Assembly: GCF_040878665.1 (NCBI RefSeq)
Contig: NZ_JBBDLU010000002.1
Span: 130,565 to 162,564 of the forward strand
Source: Nitrosopumilus sp.
Lineage (GTDB): Archaea; Thermoproteota; Nitrososphaeria; Nitrososphaerales; Nitrosopumilaceae
Length of the DNA: 32,000 bases
Reading direction: 5' to 3'
The position numbers and the translations under genes are program-made. Positions within the stretch are counted from its first letter, which is position 1. Every line of letters begins with the position of its first letter. Below the pieces are notes generated by a model. The model was not told the origin of the DNA, did not search any database, and was given only the letters and a program-made list of their open reading frames with translations. Of the stretch, positions 1-7,483 are shown piece by piece.

Positions 1-762
1 AAATTTTGGCCAGGACCTCTCACATTAGTTTTGAAAAAATCAAAAATAGTTCCAAAAATTACTACTGGTGGAATCAACACAGTTGCAATAAGAATGCCTG
101 AAAACAAAATTGCACAAGCATTAATTCGTGAAACTGGTGTGCCTATCGCAGCTCCTTCTGCAAATATTTCTGGAAGGCCAAGCCCCACCATAGCAAAACA
201 TGTCTTTGATGATCTGGGTGGTAAAATTAACATGATACTTGATGGCGGTAAAACAAAAATCGGAATAGAATCCACAGTGATTGATCTTTCTAGAAAACAT
301 CCATCATTGTTAAGACCAGGAGGCATATCCTTAGAACAATTACAATCTCTTATTGGTAAAATTGCACTACCTTCATCTATACATGAAAGAAAATCAAAAT
401 TAATTCATCGTTCACCTGGTATGAAATATAGGCATTATTCTCCAAATGCCAAAATAATTCTAATTGAGGGTTCAAAAGATAAAGTAAAAAACAAAACTCT
501 GCATCTTTTGGCGCAATTCCAAAAACAGGGGAAAAAAGTTGGGATAATGAGTATTTCCAATACAAAATACAAATCAGACATGACTGTTTTTCTAGGAAAT
601 AAGTTAGATGTGCTAGCTGCTAACTTGTTTAACACATTTAGAGAATTTGATGTAAAAAAAATAGATGTAATCCTTGTACACGGTATAAATCGTAAGGGGT
701 TAGGTCTTGGAATAATGAATAGACTCGAAAAAGCTGCCTATAAAAAGATCAAAATCGACTGA
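1..762 (+). CDS. sua5: L-threonylcarbamoyladenylate synthase, Sua5/YwlC type (5' end outside window)
   Basis: Frame 1 is open from base 1 (KFWPGPLTLVL precedes the listed Met at 31). YrdC-domain motifs FWPGPLT and APSANISGRPSPT are followed by a C-terminal Sua5-type domain (YRHYSP...). Confidence 0.85.
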   Translation, partial: KFWPGPLTLVLKKSKIVPKITTGGINTVAIRMPENKIAQALIRETGVPIAAPSANISGRPSPTIAKHVFDDLGGKINMILDGGKTKIGIESTVIDLSRKHPSLLRPGGISLEQLQSLIGKIALPSSIHERKSKLIHRSPGMKYRHYSPNAKIILIEGSKDKVKNKTLHLLAQFQKQGKKVGIMSISNTKYKSDMTVFLGNKLDVLAANLFNTFREFDVKKIDVILVHGINRKGLGLGIMNRLEKAAYKKIKID

Positions 763-879
763 ATTTAAGATAAACAAGATACAAACAAAACATGAAATTA
801 AAATAAACTTCTCTTATGAGTATTATATCATAATTCAGTGCCCTAGCAGTTAAATTCTGTCAAAATTAATCATAATTAG

Positions 880-1704
880 TTGAAGTTTCTTACAAGTGGT
901 AAAGTAAAGGATCTTTATGAAGTGGATGAATCTAGTATTTTATTCAAATTTTCAGACCGGGTTTCTGCATTCGATGTTAAATTCAAACAAGATATTCCAC
1001 GAAAAGGTGAAGTTCTTTGTAAATTTGCAGAATTTTGGTTCAATGAATTATCGGTACCAAATCATTTTGTGAAACGAGCATCTGATACTGAGATTGTAGT
1101 AAAAAAGATGAAAATGTTACCAATAGAATGTGTCGTTCGAGGTTATTTTTATGGTAGTTTGGTTAGCAGATGGAAAAAAGGTGAAGTCATATTGCCTGAA
1201 GGAACTAATACTATACTAGCTGCCAAATTGCTGGAACCAATATTTGATCCTACTACAAAATCTGAACATGATGTTCCAATAAACAAATCAAAAGCACTAG
1301 AGATGAATTTAGTTACAGAAGAACAATATGTTTGGTTGGAGCAAACTTCAATTGATATCTACAAAAAAATGGTCAAAATCGTAGATGCTGCAGGATTTAT
1401 CTTGGCTGATTTAAAATTAGAATTTGGATTATTAGATGGAAAAATCACATTAGGTGACTCGATTGGTCCTGATGAATATAGACTGTGGCCTAAAGACTCA
1501 TTTGAGATTGGAAAAATTCAAGAAGCATATGACAAGCAACTACTCCGTGATTGGTTAACCGCTAATGGATATCAAAAACAATTTGATGATGACCGTGATG
1601 CAGGACGTGAACCCACTCCTCCTATAATGCCATTTGAATTAATTCAAAAAATGACTCAACGATACATAACTGCATACGAGAAATTAACTAGAAATACTCT
1701 TTAA
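880..1704 (+). CDS. purC: Phosphoribosylaminoimidazole-succinocarboxamide (SAICAR) synthase
   Basis: N-terminus GKVKDLYEV...[10 protein letters not shown] and LADLKLEFG are typical PurC signatures. TTG start at 880, with no in-frame ATG nearby. Confidence 0.9.
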   Translation: MKFLTSGKVKDLYEVDESSILFKFSDRVSAFDVKFKQDIPRKGEVLCKFAEFWFNELSVPNHFVKRASDTEIVVKKMKMLPIECVVRGYFYGSLVSRWKKGEVILPEGTNTILAAKLLEPIFDPTTKSEHDVPINKSKALEMNLVTEEQYVWLEQTSIDIYKKMVKIVDAAGFILADLKLEFGLLDGKITLGDSIGPDEYRLWPKDSFEIGKIQEAYDKQLLRDWLTANGYQKQFDDDRDAGREPTPPIMPFELIQKMTQRYITAYEKLTRNTL

Positions 1705-1725
1705 CTCTCTCTAAATTGATGAATC

Positions 1726-2028
1726 ATGGGAATTGAGGACAAAACAGAAATTGAAACATTAATGGATATTGTAATCAATCAAATTCCGTCGTATGTGAAT
1801 ATGGTGAACTCTGAAAATTGGGATGTACATTTAGCTGATTGTATACTTGGAATGGTTTACCATTCATTTGTTGCAAAATCTACTGACTATCTAAAAAATA
1901 AACTAACTGACACTGGACAAGAAAGTACTGCCGAATCAACTTTTGAAATGATGAATTTAGTATCCGATGTATTCAATGATAAATTGGCAGTCATCAAACA
2001 AGCAATTGTTTCTTCATTGAATTCTTAA
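1726..2028 (+). CDS. Hypothetical acidic protein (100 aa)
   Basis: ORF 22 nt downstream of purC on the same strand. No recognisable family. Confidence 0.5.
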   Translation: MGIEDKTEIETLMDIVINQIPSYVNMVNSENWDVHLADCILGMVYHSFVAKSTDYLKNKLTDTGQESTAESTFEMMNLVSDVFNDKLAVIKQAIVSSLNS

Positions 2029-2354
2029 TCTACGTACACTGTCTTCTCTCAACTCGAATTACATTTTTTATGATTTATGATGTGGTGTATTGATGGCAAT
2101 TTTTTGACATAATTTTCTAATTTTTCTTTTTTTGTATTTTTTAATTTTTTTTAAAACCGTTCCAATAATTTTTTTACTTGTACAATAATTATCATATCGC
2201 TATCAATAATATTGAATGCATTACAATGTATCTCGTACTGGTTACTGTATTTTTGATAACGGTATCACATTTATGCAAGTAAACAAAAATTGATGCGATT
2301 AGACAAAAAATATGATACATGGATCTTTTAGATCGCTTTGAGACGTAGTTTTGT

Positions 2355-2858
2355 ATGTCTACCCTACTAGAAAAGCAAATCATAGTTAATCGTACCGTTA
2401 CAACAAGTATTGGTCAGGCACGTGCAATTGACGACCCTGCACGAGCTAAAATTGTGGAAATTCTTTATCATCAGACACTATCTGCTGATCAGATTTCTAC
2501 TGCCCTTAAAAAAACAGGATACAAAAAAGCACTAACTACTGTTCGTCATCATTTAGAAATTCTAAAAGAATCTGGATTGATTGAAATTGCAAGAATTGAA
2601 GAATCTCGTGGCGCTATTACAAAATTTTATAGCACCTCAACTAAACTATTGGATTTTCAGATTCCTAAAGACTTTGATTCAACATATTCCAAAGTGATTA
2701 CTAACACTTCTACAAAAATTGAAAAAATCCTCAAAGGATTATCACCAAAAACTGGCAAATCAAAGGGTAAAAAATCTGAAGACTACTCACAATACTTGGT
2801 CATGGAGATTATGAATAGAGCAATGACTAATGTTCTTGAAAAATCCAATACAAAATAG
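2355..2858 (+). CDS. Winged helix-turn-helix transcriptional regulator (ArsR-like)
   Basis: Segment PARAKIVEILYHQTLSADQISTALKKTGYKKALTTVRHHLEILKESGLIEI matches the ArsR/SmtB-type wHTH pattern. C-terminal half is unassigned. Confidence 0.7.
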   Translation: MSTLLEKQIIVNRTVTTSIGQARAIDDPARAKIVEILYHQTLSADQISTALKKTGYKKALTTVRHHLEILKESGLIEIARIEESRGAITKFYSTSTKLLDFQIPKDFDSTYSKVITNTSTKIEKILKGLSPKTGKSKGKKSEDYSQYLVMEIMNRAMTNVLEKSNTK

Positions 2859-3010
2859 TCTTTTGAGCAGAAAATGACAACACAAACTAACTTCATGCGA
2901 TCAAACAAAAATTTGATCTGTGTTACAAAATATGTGAAAAATTCTCAAAAATTACTATCTGTCTTTGTACCTCAAAAGGTATTGTTACTAATACTGTGAG
3001 ATGAAAATTA

Positions 3011-3415
3011 ATGGATGAAAAAATAATAAAGTTGTTTTCAGAAAAAAATCTGGTTTTTGTTGCAACAATTATGAAAGATGGTTCTCCGCAGGTGTCTCCT
3101 GTTTGGGCAAACTATGACGATGGATATGTTTTGGTTAACACTGCTGAAGGAAGAATAAAGCACAAAAATATTTTACGTGATCCTCGCGTTGCAGTATCTG
3201 TTGTATCAAAAGATAATCCACTTGACATGACTACTTTTCGTGGTGTTGTACAAGAAATAATTCCAGATTATGATTACACACATGCAGACAAGCTTACCCG
3301 GCAATACATGAATAGAGAACACTATCCATTCAAGCAAGATAATGAAAAACGAATAACTCTAAAAATTAAACCCCATAAAGTTTTTGTTTTACCTGAATTA
3401 AAGATGTCAGAGTAG
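3011..3415 (+). CDS. Pyridoxamine 5'-phosphate oxidase-family (PPOX-class, FMN/F420-binding split-barrel) protein
   Basis: LVFVATIMKDGSPQVSPVWANYDDGYVLVNT...RDPRVAVSV is the typical PPOX-class N-terminal pattern, and the size (134 aa) fits. Confidence 0.75.
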   Translation: MDEKIIKLFSEKNLVFVATIMKDGSPQVSPVWANYDDGYVLVNTAEGRIKHKNILRDPRVAVSVVSKDNPLDMTTFRGVVQEIIPDYDYTHADKLTRQYMNREHYPFKQDNEKRITLKIKPHKVFVLPELKMSE

Positions 3416-3427
3416 AAATTTAATATG

Positions 3428-3449
3428 TTTCTAAATTCGAATTTAGAAA
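3428..3449. repeat. Perfect 22-bp palindrome TTTCTAAATTCGAATTTAGAAA (family copy 1)
   Basis: Read directly. Lies between convergent gene ends 3415 (+) and 3497 (-). Confidence 0.95.
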
Positions 3450-3496
3450 TATAATTAAATCAATATAAAAAATTAGAAAAAAGATAGCGGGACAGC

Positions 3497-3889
3497 TTAA
3501 CGACGACGTTTAGCTGCCTTTCTCTTTGGAGCGGCTCTGCGTTTAGCTGCCTTTCTCTTTGGAGCTGCTTTTTTAGCTGCAGTTCTTCGTTTTGGAGCGG
3601 CTCTGCGTTTAGCTGCCTTTCTCTTTGGAGCTGCTTTTTTAGCTGCAGTTCTTCGTTTTGGAGCGGCTCTGCGTTTAGCTGCTGCCTTTCTCTTTGGAGC
3701 GGCTCTGCGTTTAGCTGCCTTTCTCTTTGGAGCTGCACTACCTGCATTCTTCCTTCGAGTTGCTGCTGCCTTTCTCCTACGACTTGCTGCTGCTTTTAAT
3801 GCCTCGTCTGCTGCTTTAGCTGCATTTCTCTTTCGAGTTCTTGCTGCTTTTTTAGCTGCTTCGGCTCGTTTGGCTTTGGATGTTGCCAT
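3497..3889 (-). CDS. Highly basic Ala/Lys/Arg-rich repeat protein (histone H1 / AlgP / Hc1-like low-complexity DNA-binding candidate)
   Basis: ORF 3497-3901 begins with TTG; the first ATG is at 3889 (MATSKAKRAE...). The C-terminal two thirds are 11-aa units AAPKRKAAKRR / AAPKRRTAAKK. Only 3 acidic residues, all near the N-terminus. Confidence 0.7.
   Translation of the reverse strand: MATSKAKRAEAAKKAARTRKRNAAKAADEALKAAASRRRKAAATRRKNAGSAAPKRKAAKRRAAPKRKAAAKRRAAPKRRTAAKKAAPKRKAAKRRAAPKRRTAAKKAAPKRKAAKRRAAPKRKAAKRRR
3503..3731. repeat. Tandem repeat array, 33-nt subunit and 66-nt unit (inside the basic-protein CDS)
   Basis: The unit gcggctctgcgtttagctgcctttctctttgga + gctgcttttttagctgcagttcttcgttttgga is identical at 3531-3596 and 3597-3662. 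Further 33/36-nt copies lie at 3503-3530, 3663-3698 and 3699-3731. Confidence 0.9.
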
Positions 3890-3990
3890 GGTATTTTTCA
3901 AAAATCATGTGTGTTATATGGTAAAAGTCACACATTACTATGCAAACCATAATAAAATTTGACACATTTTTTGTTTTTACAAAATATCGA

Positions 3991-4476
3991 TCAACAGTTT
4001 GTTATGCAAATAGATGCAGTATCTACAGTCGATTGTTCTTTTTGTGGTCTAATGATAATCTTGTATTGTTTTTCTTCATCAAATGGAATATCAAATTGTG
4101 TTGTTCTCTGTATTGGTTTGTTTGGCTCTAATGTTTCTAAAAATAAATCACTTGGCGAAAATTCTCCAAATACTGCTTCGTGCTTTTGTTCTTTTTCATC
4201 AACAATGTAAAATTGTCCTCCTGAAATGATTGTTGCATCACTGCTGATGTTTTTTGCATTAATTCCAATCATCACAAATGTGTTTTCCGGCATTTTTTCT
4301 TTATTTCCTTGATGAGTTCCTTCAAATGTTATTATATACTCCACAGGCCCTACTTTTACCATCTCTCCTTCAACTGATTCGATATAATTTGCTTGATACT
4401 GAGTATAGGCGTATATCCCTGCAGCCATTGACGCAATTATTGCACCAAATACCACAACAATTCCAAGTCCTGTCAT
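3991..4476 (-). CDS. Membrane-anchored extracytoplasmic protein (DUF4352-like beta-sandwich, tentative)
   Basis: N-terminal TM helix GLGIVVVFGAIIASMAAGIYAY, then a beta-rich domain resembling DUF4352 (FVMIGINAKNISSD...GGQFYIVDEK). Confidence 0.6.
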   Translation of the reverse strand: MTGLGIVVVFGAIIASMAAGIYAYTQYQANYIESVEGEMVKVGPVEYIITFEGTHQGNKEKMPENTFVMIGINAKNISSDATIISGGQFYIVDEKEQKHEAVFGEFSPSDLFLETLEPNKPIQRTTQFDIPFDEEKQYKIIIRPQKEQSTVDTASICITNC

Positions 4477-4595
4477 GATTACTGTGAAATATTTTGATAT
4501 ATAGTTGAAACGCCTCTATAATGGTAAAAATACGTCTAAACTTCTGGATTAATTCATCTAATTACATGTTAATGCTGTATTTGTGACTTTAAGAG

Positions 4596-4979
4596 TTAAC
4601 TCAACGTATCTTGTATGATTTTAGTATCTGTAAATTGTCTAAATTGTTTGATTTTATTTCCTTGCATGTGATACACATGTGAAAACGGAACATCAAAATC
4701 CTTACCTGTTTTTGAAATTCCTTGATATTTTCCGATAACTGTTACATGATTTTTTGATTCAATGTATTCCTCAGGAATTGCATGAAATTCCTCAAAATTT
4801 GATAACATATTTGAAAAATAATCCTCAAAAATTGCTTTTAGACCAACATATTTCCCGCCATGAGGCATACCTTTCAATGTATTCCATTCTATGGCTTTAT
4901 CACACACTTGACTGATGGTTTGCATATCCTTATTTTTAAAGGCGATATAGAATTTTTTGATCAATTCTTTATTTGACAT
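4596..4979 (-). CDS. SnoaL-like / NTF2-fold (ketosteroid isomerase-like) protein
   Basis: N-terminus ELIKKFYIAFKNKDMQTISQVCDKAIEW and the ~127-aa size fit the SnoaL-like domain pattern. Confidence 0.65.
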   Translation of the reverse strand: MSNKELIKKFYIAFKNKDMQTISQVCDKAIEWNTLKGMPHGGKYVGLKAIFEDYFSNMLSNFEEFHAIPEEYIESKNHVTVIGKYQGISKTGKDFDVPFSHVYHMQGNKIKQFRQFTDTKIIQDTLS

Positions 4980-5840
4980 AATGTATTCTAATCCATCATA
5001 AATTAAACACTTTCACCAATCATCTGATCACAATACTGTTTATTTTTGATGTTTTATGGCCCTTTTTTTAGGGGTTGAGCTTTTACGCACGACTATAATA
5101 GTTTGGGGATGTTTAGATGGGAGAGCTTGGTGGAATTAGTGTTGCCTTTCACCTCTAGGCACAAGTGTCATACCCCCCTCCAAAATACCCATTTTTGAAA
5201 ATTTCATAATGTGACTAAACTACATATTTTTCAGGGGGGGTTTAACGCCTAGGCGTATTATCCCCAAATTGATTATTTTGCTAAATTTTGTAAAAGCATT
5301 GTGATTTCATCCATGATTTGAGAAAATAAACTTGATGTGAATAATCTGAATTGATCAAAGAGGTTGTTAGTTGACTCAAATGATTCGTTTATTGTAGTTT
5401 CACTAATCTGCAAAACTGTTTTTATCACATTTTTTTATGTTGTTGTTTTGATTTTACTGGATGGATGTGCATTTGAACACACATTTTATGTCAAATAAGG
5501 GGGGGGGGTTTTTAGAAAAAATATTGCCAAATAATGCCCCGTTGTCGATCCTCTGATTGACTATTCTGTTACGTTCATTGTTGTTTCAATTCTCCCTGGA
5601 TTGTCTTTACAATGAAATGCACTGCTAATACTAATCCCATCACTTTGAATAAATTATTCATGTAATTGTACCTCTGTTTTCTCATACGTGTCCAAAATTT
5701 CATCTATCATTTTGATTATATTCAATTCTGAATCAACTCCAATTTTGTTGTTGCATTTTCAAGCCTGAGTTTTCTGATGTTAATACTGACATTAATCTCA
5801 AAATTCTTTGTAGTATGTTTGAATAAAATATCACAAATAT

Positions 5841-6035
5841 TCATTTTACAAACACCATCAAGGTTGCTATAACTGTCATAACAAAAACCTTGTTTTTTGA
5901 AGCCTTGAATCTGAGAATTTGACTTTCCATGAAACCTGCTTTTGGTTTGCATGTTGTTGTGAGTTTTGTTGTAAGTTTTGTTGTAAGTTTTGTTGTAAGT
6001 TTTGTTGTAAGTTTTGTTGTTTTCATACTATACAA
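5841..6035 (-). CDS. Doubtful small ORF with N-terminal (TTKL)5 repeat
   Basis: ORF track only. The repeat is encoded by the 12-nt minisatellite, the ORF overlaps a second ORF (5722-5952) in another frame, and there is no family match. Confidence 0.2.
   Translation of the reverse strand: MYSMKTTKLTTKLTTKLTTKLTTKLTTTCKPKAGFMESQILRFKASKNKVFVMTVIATLMVFVK
5956..6023. repeat. 12-nt minisatellite (GTTGTAAGTTTT), about 5.7 copies
   Basis: Read directly: gttgtgagtttt, then four exact gttgtaagtttt units, then a partial gttgtttt. Confidence 0.95.
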
Positions 6036-6087
6036 TGATGAGTTTTTGATATAAGGTCCGCGTAGAACTGATAAATCATCTATTTTT

Positions 6088-6546
6088 TTAAAATGTCTTC
6101 ATAAGAAATCTTGCTGTTTTATCATGTTTTTCAGAAACTACATCTATTGCATCTAACATCGTTTGTTGATTGATGTTTTCCTTATCATCTAATACCAAAT
6201 ACACACCTATTTTCTGTTTACCATCTTCTGTGATCAATTTACTGATTACTTGTATTGAATAACAAAAATCTGCAACTTTTTTTTCAAACTTGTTTTTTTC
6301 CTCACTACTGAATCTCAGATATCTTTCGATTTGGTTATTCTTCATCACTACTTTTGAACCTATTACTAGTATTCCTAGCTGTCCTTTTGGTTCAAATATG
6401 TCTACTGGTACATCGTATTTGCCTGCATGTTTGACTAGAATTTGAAATATGCTTTCAGGATTTTTTACTTCCTCAAAAGAAAGTCCTTCGTGAATTACCC
6501 ATCTTTCAACACTATCTCGCATTTTTGACATATTCATATTATGCAA
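6088..6546 (-). CDS. Hypothetical protein (152 aa; possibly YbjN/DUF2299-like)
   Basis: Clean ORF with normal composition. Family assignment is only a weak recollection. Confidence 0.55.
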   Translation of the reverse strand: MHNMNMSKMRDSVERWVIHEGLSFEEVKNPESIFQILVKHAGKYDVPVDIFEPKGQLGILVIGSKVVMKNNQIERYLRFSSEEKNKFEKKVADFCYSIQVISKLITEDGKQKIGVYLVLDDKENINQQTMLDAIDVVSEKHDKTARFLMKTF

Positions 6547-6597
6547 TTTAGGCTAGTTCTATATGATTTTAATTCTAATGATTACGCTGATAATTTT

Positions 6598-6631
6598 TTA
6601 ATATTTCTAAATTCGAATTTAGAAATATTAA
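6598..6631. repeat. Perfect 34-bp palindrome TTAATATTTCTAAATTC|GAATTTAGAAATATTAA (family copy 2)
   Basis: Read directly. Intergenic, 3' of CDS 6659-6886 and 5' of CDS 6088-6546. Confidence 0.95.
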
Positions 6632-6658
6632 TTATCTTTACTAGTTAAACAATACGTA

Positions 6659-6886
6659 TCAAATATTTACGTTGAATCCTGATTCGATACCTGGAATTGA
6701 TGCTGTTACAAAAATATTGAAAATAATGCCAATTATCATGAACACCATCCCCAAATACAGACAATTTTTAGCTTTATTTGGATCATCATGACGCAGAACA
6801 AAAAATGCTATGACTCCACCAATTATTCCAAAAAATATTGGTAACAAAAACCATGTATTACTTCTTGATTTTATTGGGTAAGACAT
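6659..6886 (-). CDS. Small membrane protein, two predicted TM helices (75 aa)
   Basis: Hydrophobic stretches WFLLPIFFGIIGGVIAFFVL and LYLGMVFMIIGIIFNIFV. Confidence 0.55.
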   Translation of the reverse strand: MSYPIKSRSNTWFLLPIFFGIIGGVIAFFVLRHDDPNKAKNCLYLGMVFMIIGIIFNIFVTASIPGIESGFNVNI

Positions 6887-6897
6887 TGTTTTTACTG

Positions 6898-7146
6898 TTA
6901 TTTTGCAACTATTGTTTTTTTCTGTAATTGGGTGATCTCTATTTCTACTGTTTCCAATGGATCTTCTACTTGATTGCGTCTAATTGAGAACATTTTGGGT
7001 TTTTCAAAGTCTTCTGTACAATCTGGACATGCATAAACTAACACTCTATGTTCGTTAGGGGCTTTTGGATTAGACAGTCTTGGGTAATACACAAGTCTTG
7101 CTCCACAATCTACACAATATCTGTTGGCCCTCCTAGTTCTGACCAA
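6898..7146 (-). CDS. Zinc-ribbon protein (82 aa)
   Basis: Two Cys pairs, CVDC...(x28)...CPDC. 11 nt upstream of the next gene on the same strand. Confidence 0.6.
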   Translation of the reverse strand: MVRTRRANRYCVDCGARLVYYPRLSNPKAPNEHRVLVYACPDCTEDFEKPKMFSIRRNQVEDPLETVEIEITQLQKKTIVAK

Positions 7147-7233
7147 TGTAAACCTCCTGCATCATTCTATGTATGCGATCATCTATTAGATCTATGTTGT
7201 CTAATAGTGTAAACCAATTACTAACAACCGATC

Positions 7234-7263
7234 AATATTTCTAAATTCGAATTTAGAAATATT
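7234..7263. repeat. Perfect 30-bp palindrome AATATTTCTAAATTC|GAATTTAGAAATATT (family copy 3)
   Basis: Read directly. Lies between tRNA-Asn and the zinc-ribbon gene. Confidence 0.95.
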
Positions 7264-7306
7264 AAAAATCTGATATGAATTATCATATAAGATTGAAGAA
7301 AAGTAA

Positions 7307-7332
7307 TATTTCAAAACTCGAGTTTAGAAATA
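7307..7332. repeat. Palindrome family copy 4, a variant with the centre changed symmetrically (TATTTCAAAACTC|GAGTTTAGAAATA)
   Basis: Read directly. Central TTCGAA is replaced by CTCGAG (both halves changed), with one A/A mismatch at 7313/7326. Ends 5 nt from the tRNA-Asn 3' end. Confidence 0.85.
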
Positions 7333-7337
7333 AGAAG

Positions 7338-7411
7338 CGCCTCCCACCAGACTTGAACTGGTGACCAACCGGTTAACAGCCGGTTGCTCTACCACGCTGA
7401 GCTAGGGAGGC
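7338..7411 (-). tRNA. tRNA-Asn (anticodon GTT), no intron, CCA not encoded
   Basis: The minus strand folds as a cloverleaf: acceptor GCCTCCC/GGGAGGC, D-stem GCTC/GAGC, anticodon stem ACCGG/CCGGT with loop CTGTTAA, T-stem ACCAG/CTGGT with loop TTCAAGT, discriminator G. 74 nt. Confidence 0.9.
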
Positions 7412-7483
7412 ACACGATTGTACCTTGACAAAAGTGATTTAATCTTTGCGACGATTCAATTTAGACTGAAATTCATTATACTA

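Noticed and set aside
2899-2918. Hairpin GATCAAA-caaaaa-TTTGATC between the wHTH regulator and the PPOX gene, and GATCT-ttt-AGATC at ~2321-2333 upstream of the regulator
   Set aside because: The arms are short (5-7 bp) in AT-rich intergenic DNA, which is within chance expectation, and there is no second copy to support a motif.
3460-3747. 95-aa minus-strand ORF (QRERQLNAEPLQ repeats) overlapping the basic-protein gene
   Set aside because: It is an alternative reading frame of the same tandem DNA repeat. The AKR frame has an ATG start, extends beyond the repeat and has a coherent composition, so this one is most likely a repeat-generated shadow ORF.
2192-4478. Miscellaneous short ORFs (2192-2383 -, 3940-4131 +, 3959-4210 +, 4278-4478 +)
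   Set aside because: They overlap better-supported genes or promoter regions on the opposite strand. Their Phe/Leu/Cys/Ile-rich, low-complexity translations are typical of random ORFs in AT-rich sequence.
5102-5269. 9-bp inverted repeat TTTGGGGAT / ATCCCCAAA as MITE terminal inverted repeats
   Set aside because: A 9-bp inverted match within ~740 bp is about what chance allows, and no target-site duplication flanks it. It is kept only as a detail of the ORF-free region finding.
5333-5350. C/D-box sRNA-like elements (TGATGTGA followed by CTGA)
   Set aside because: The C box is imperfect, only ~5 nt separate it from the CTGA (a ~12-nt guide is expected), and no matching C'/D pair or terminal stem was found.
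3428-7332. Possibility that the palindromes or the 12-nt repeat represent a CRISPR array
   Set aside because: The palindrome copies are kilobases apart, with genes between them. The 12-nt units are contiguous with no spacers. No cas genes are present.
7146-7411. Integrated element using tRNA-Asn as its attachment site
   Set aside because: I found no integrase or recombinase ORF and no direct repeat of the tRNA 3' half in the adjacent 4 kb. It is downgraded to a low-confidence 'accessory islet' observation.
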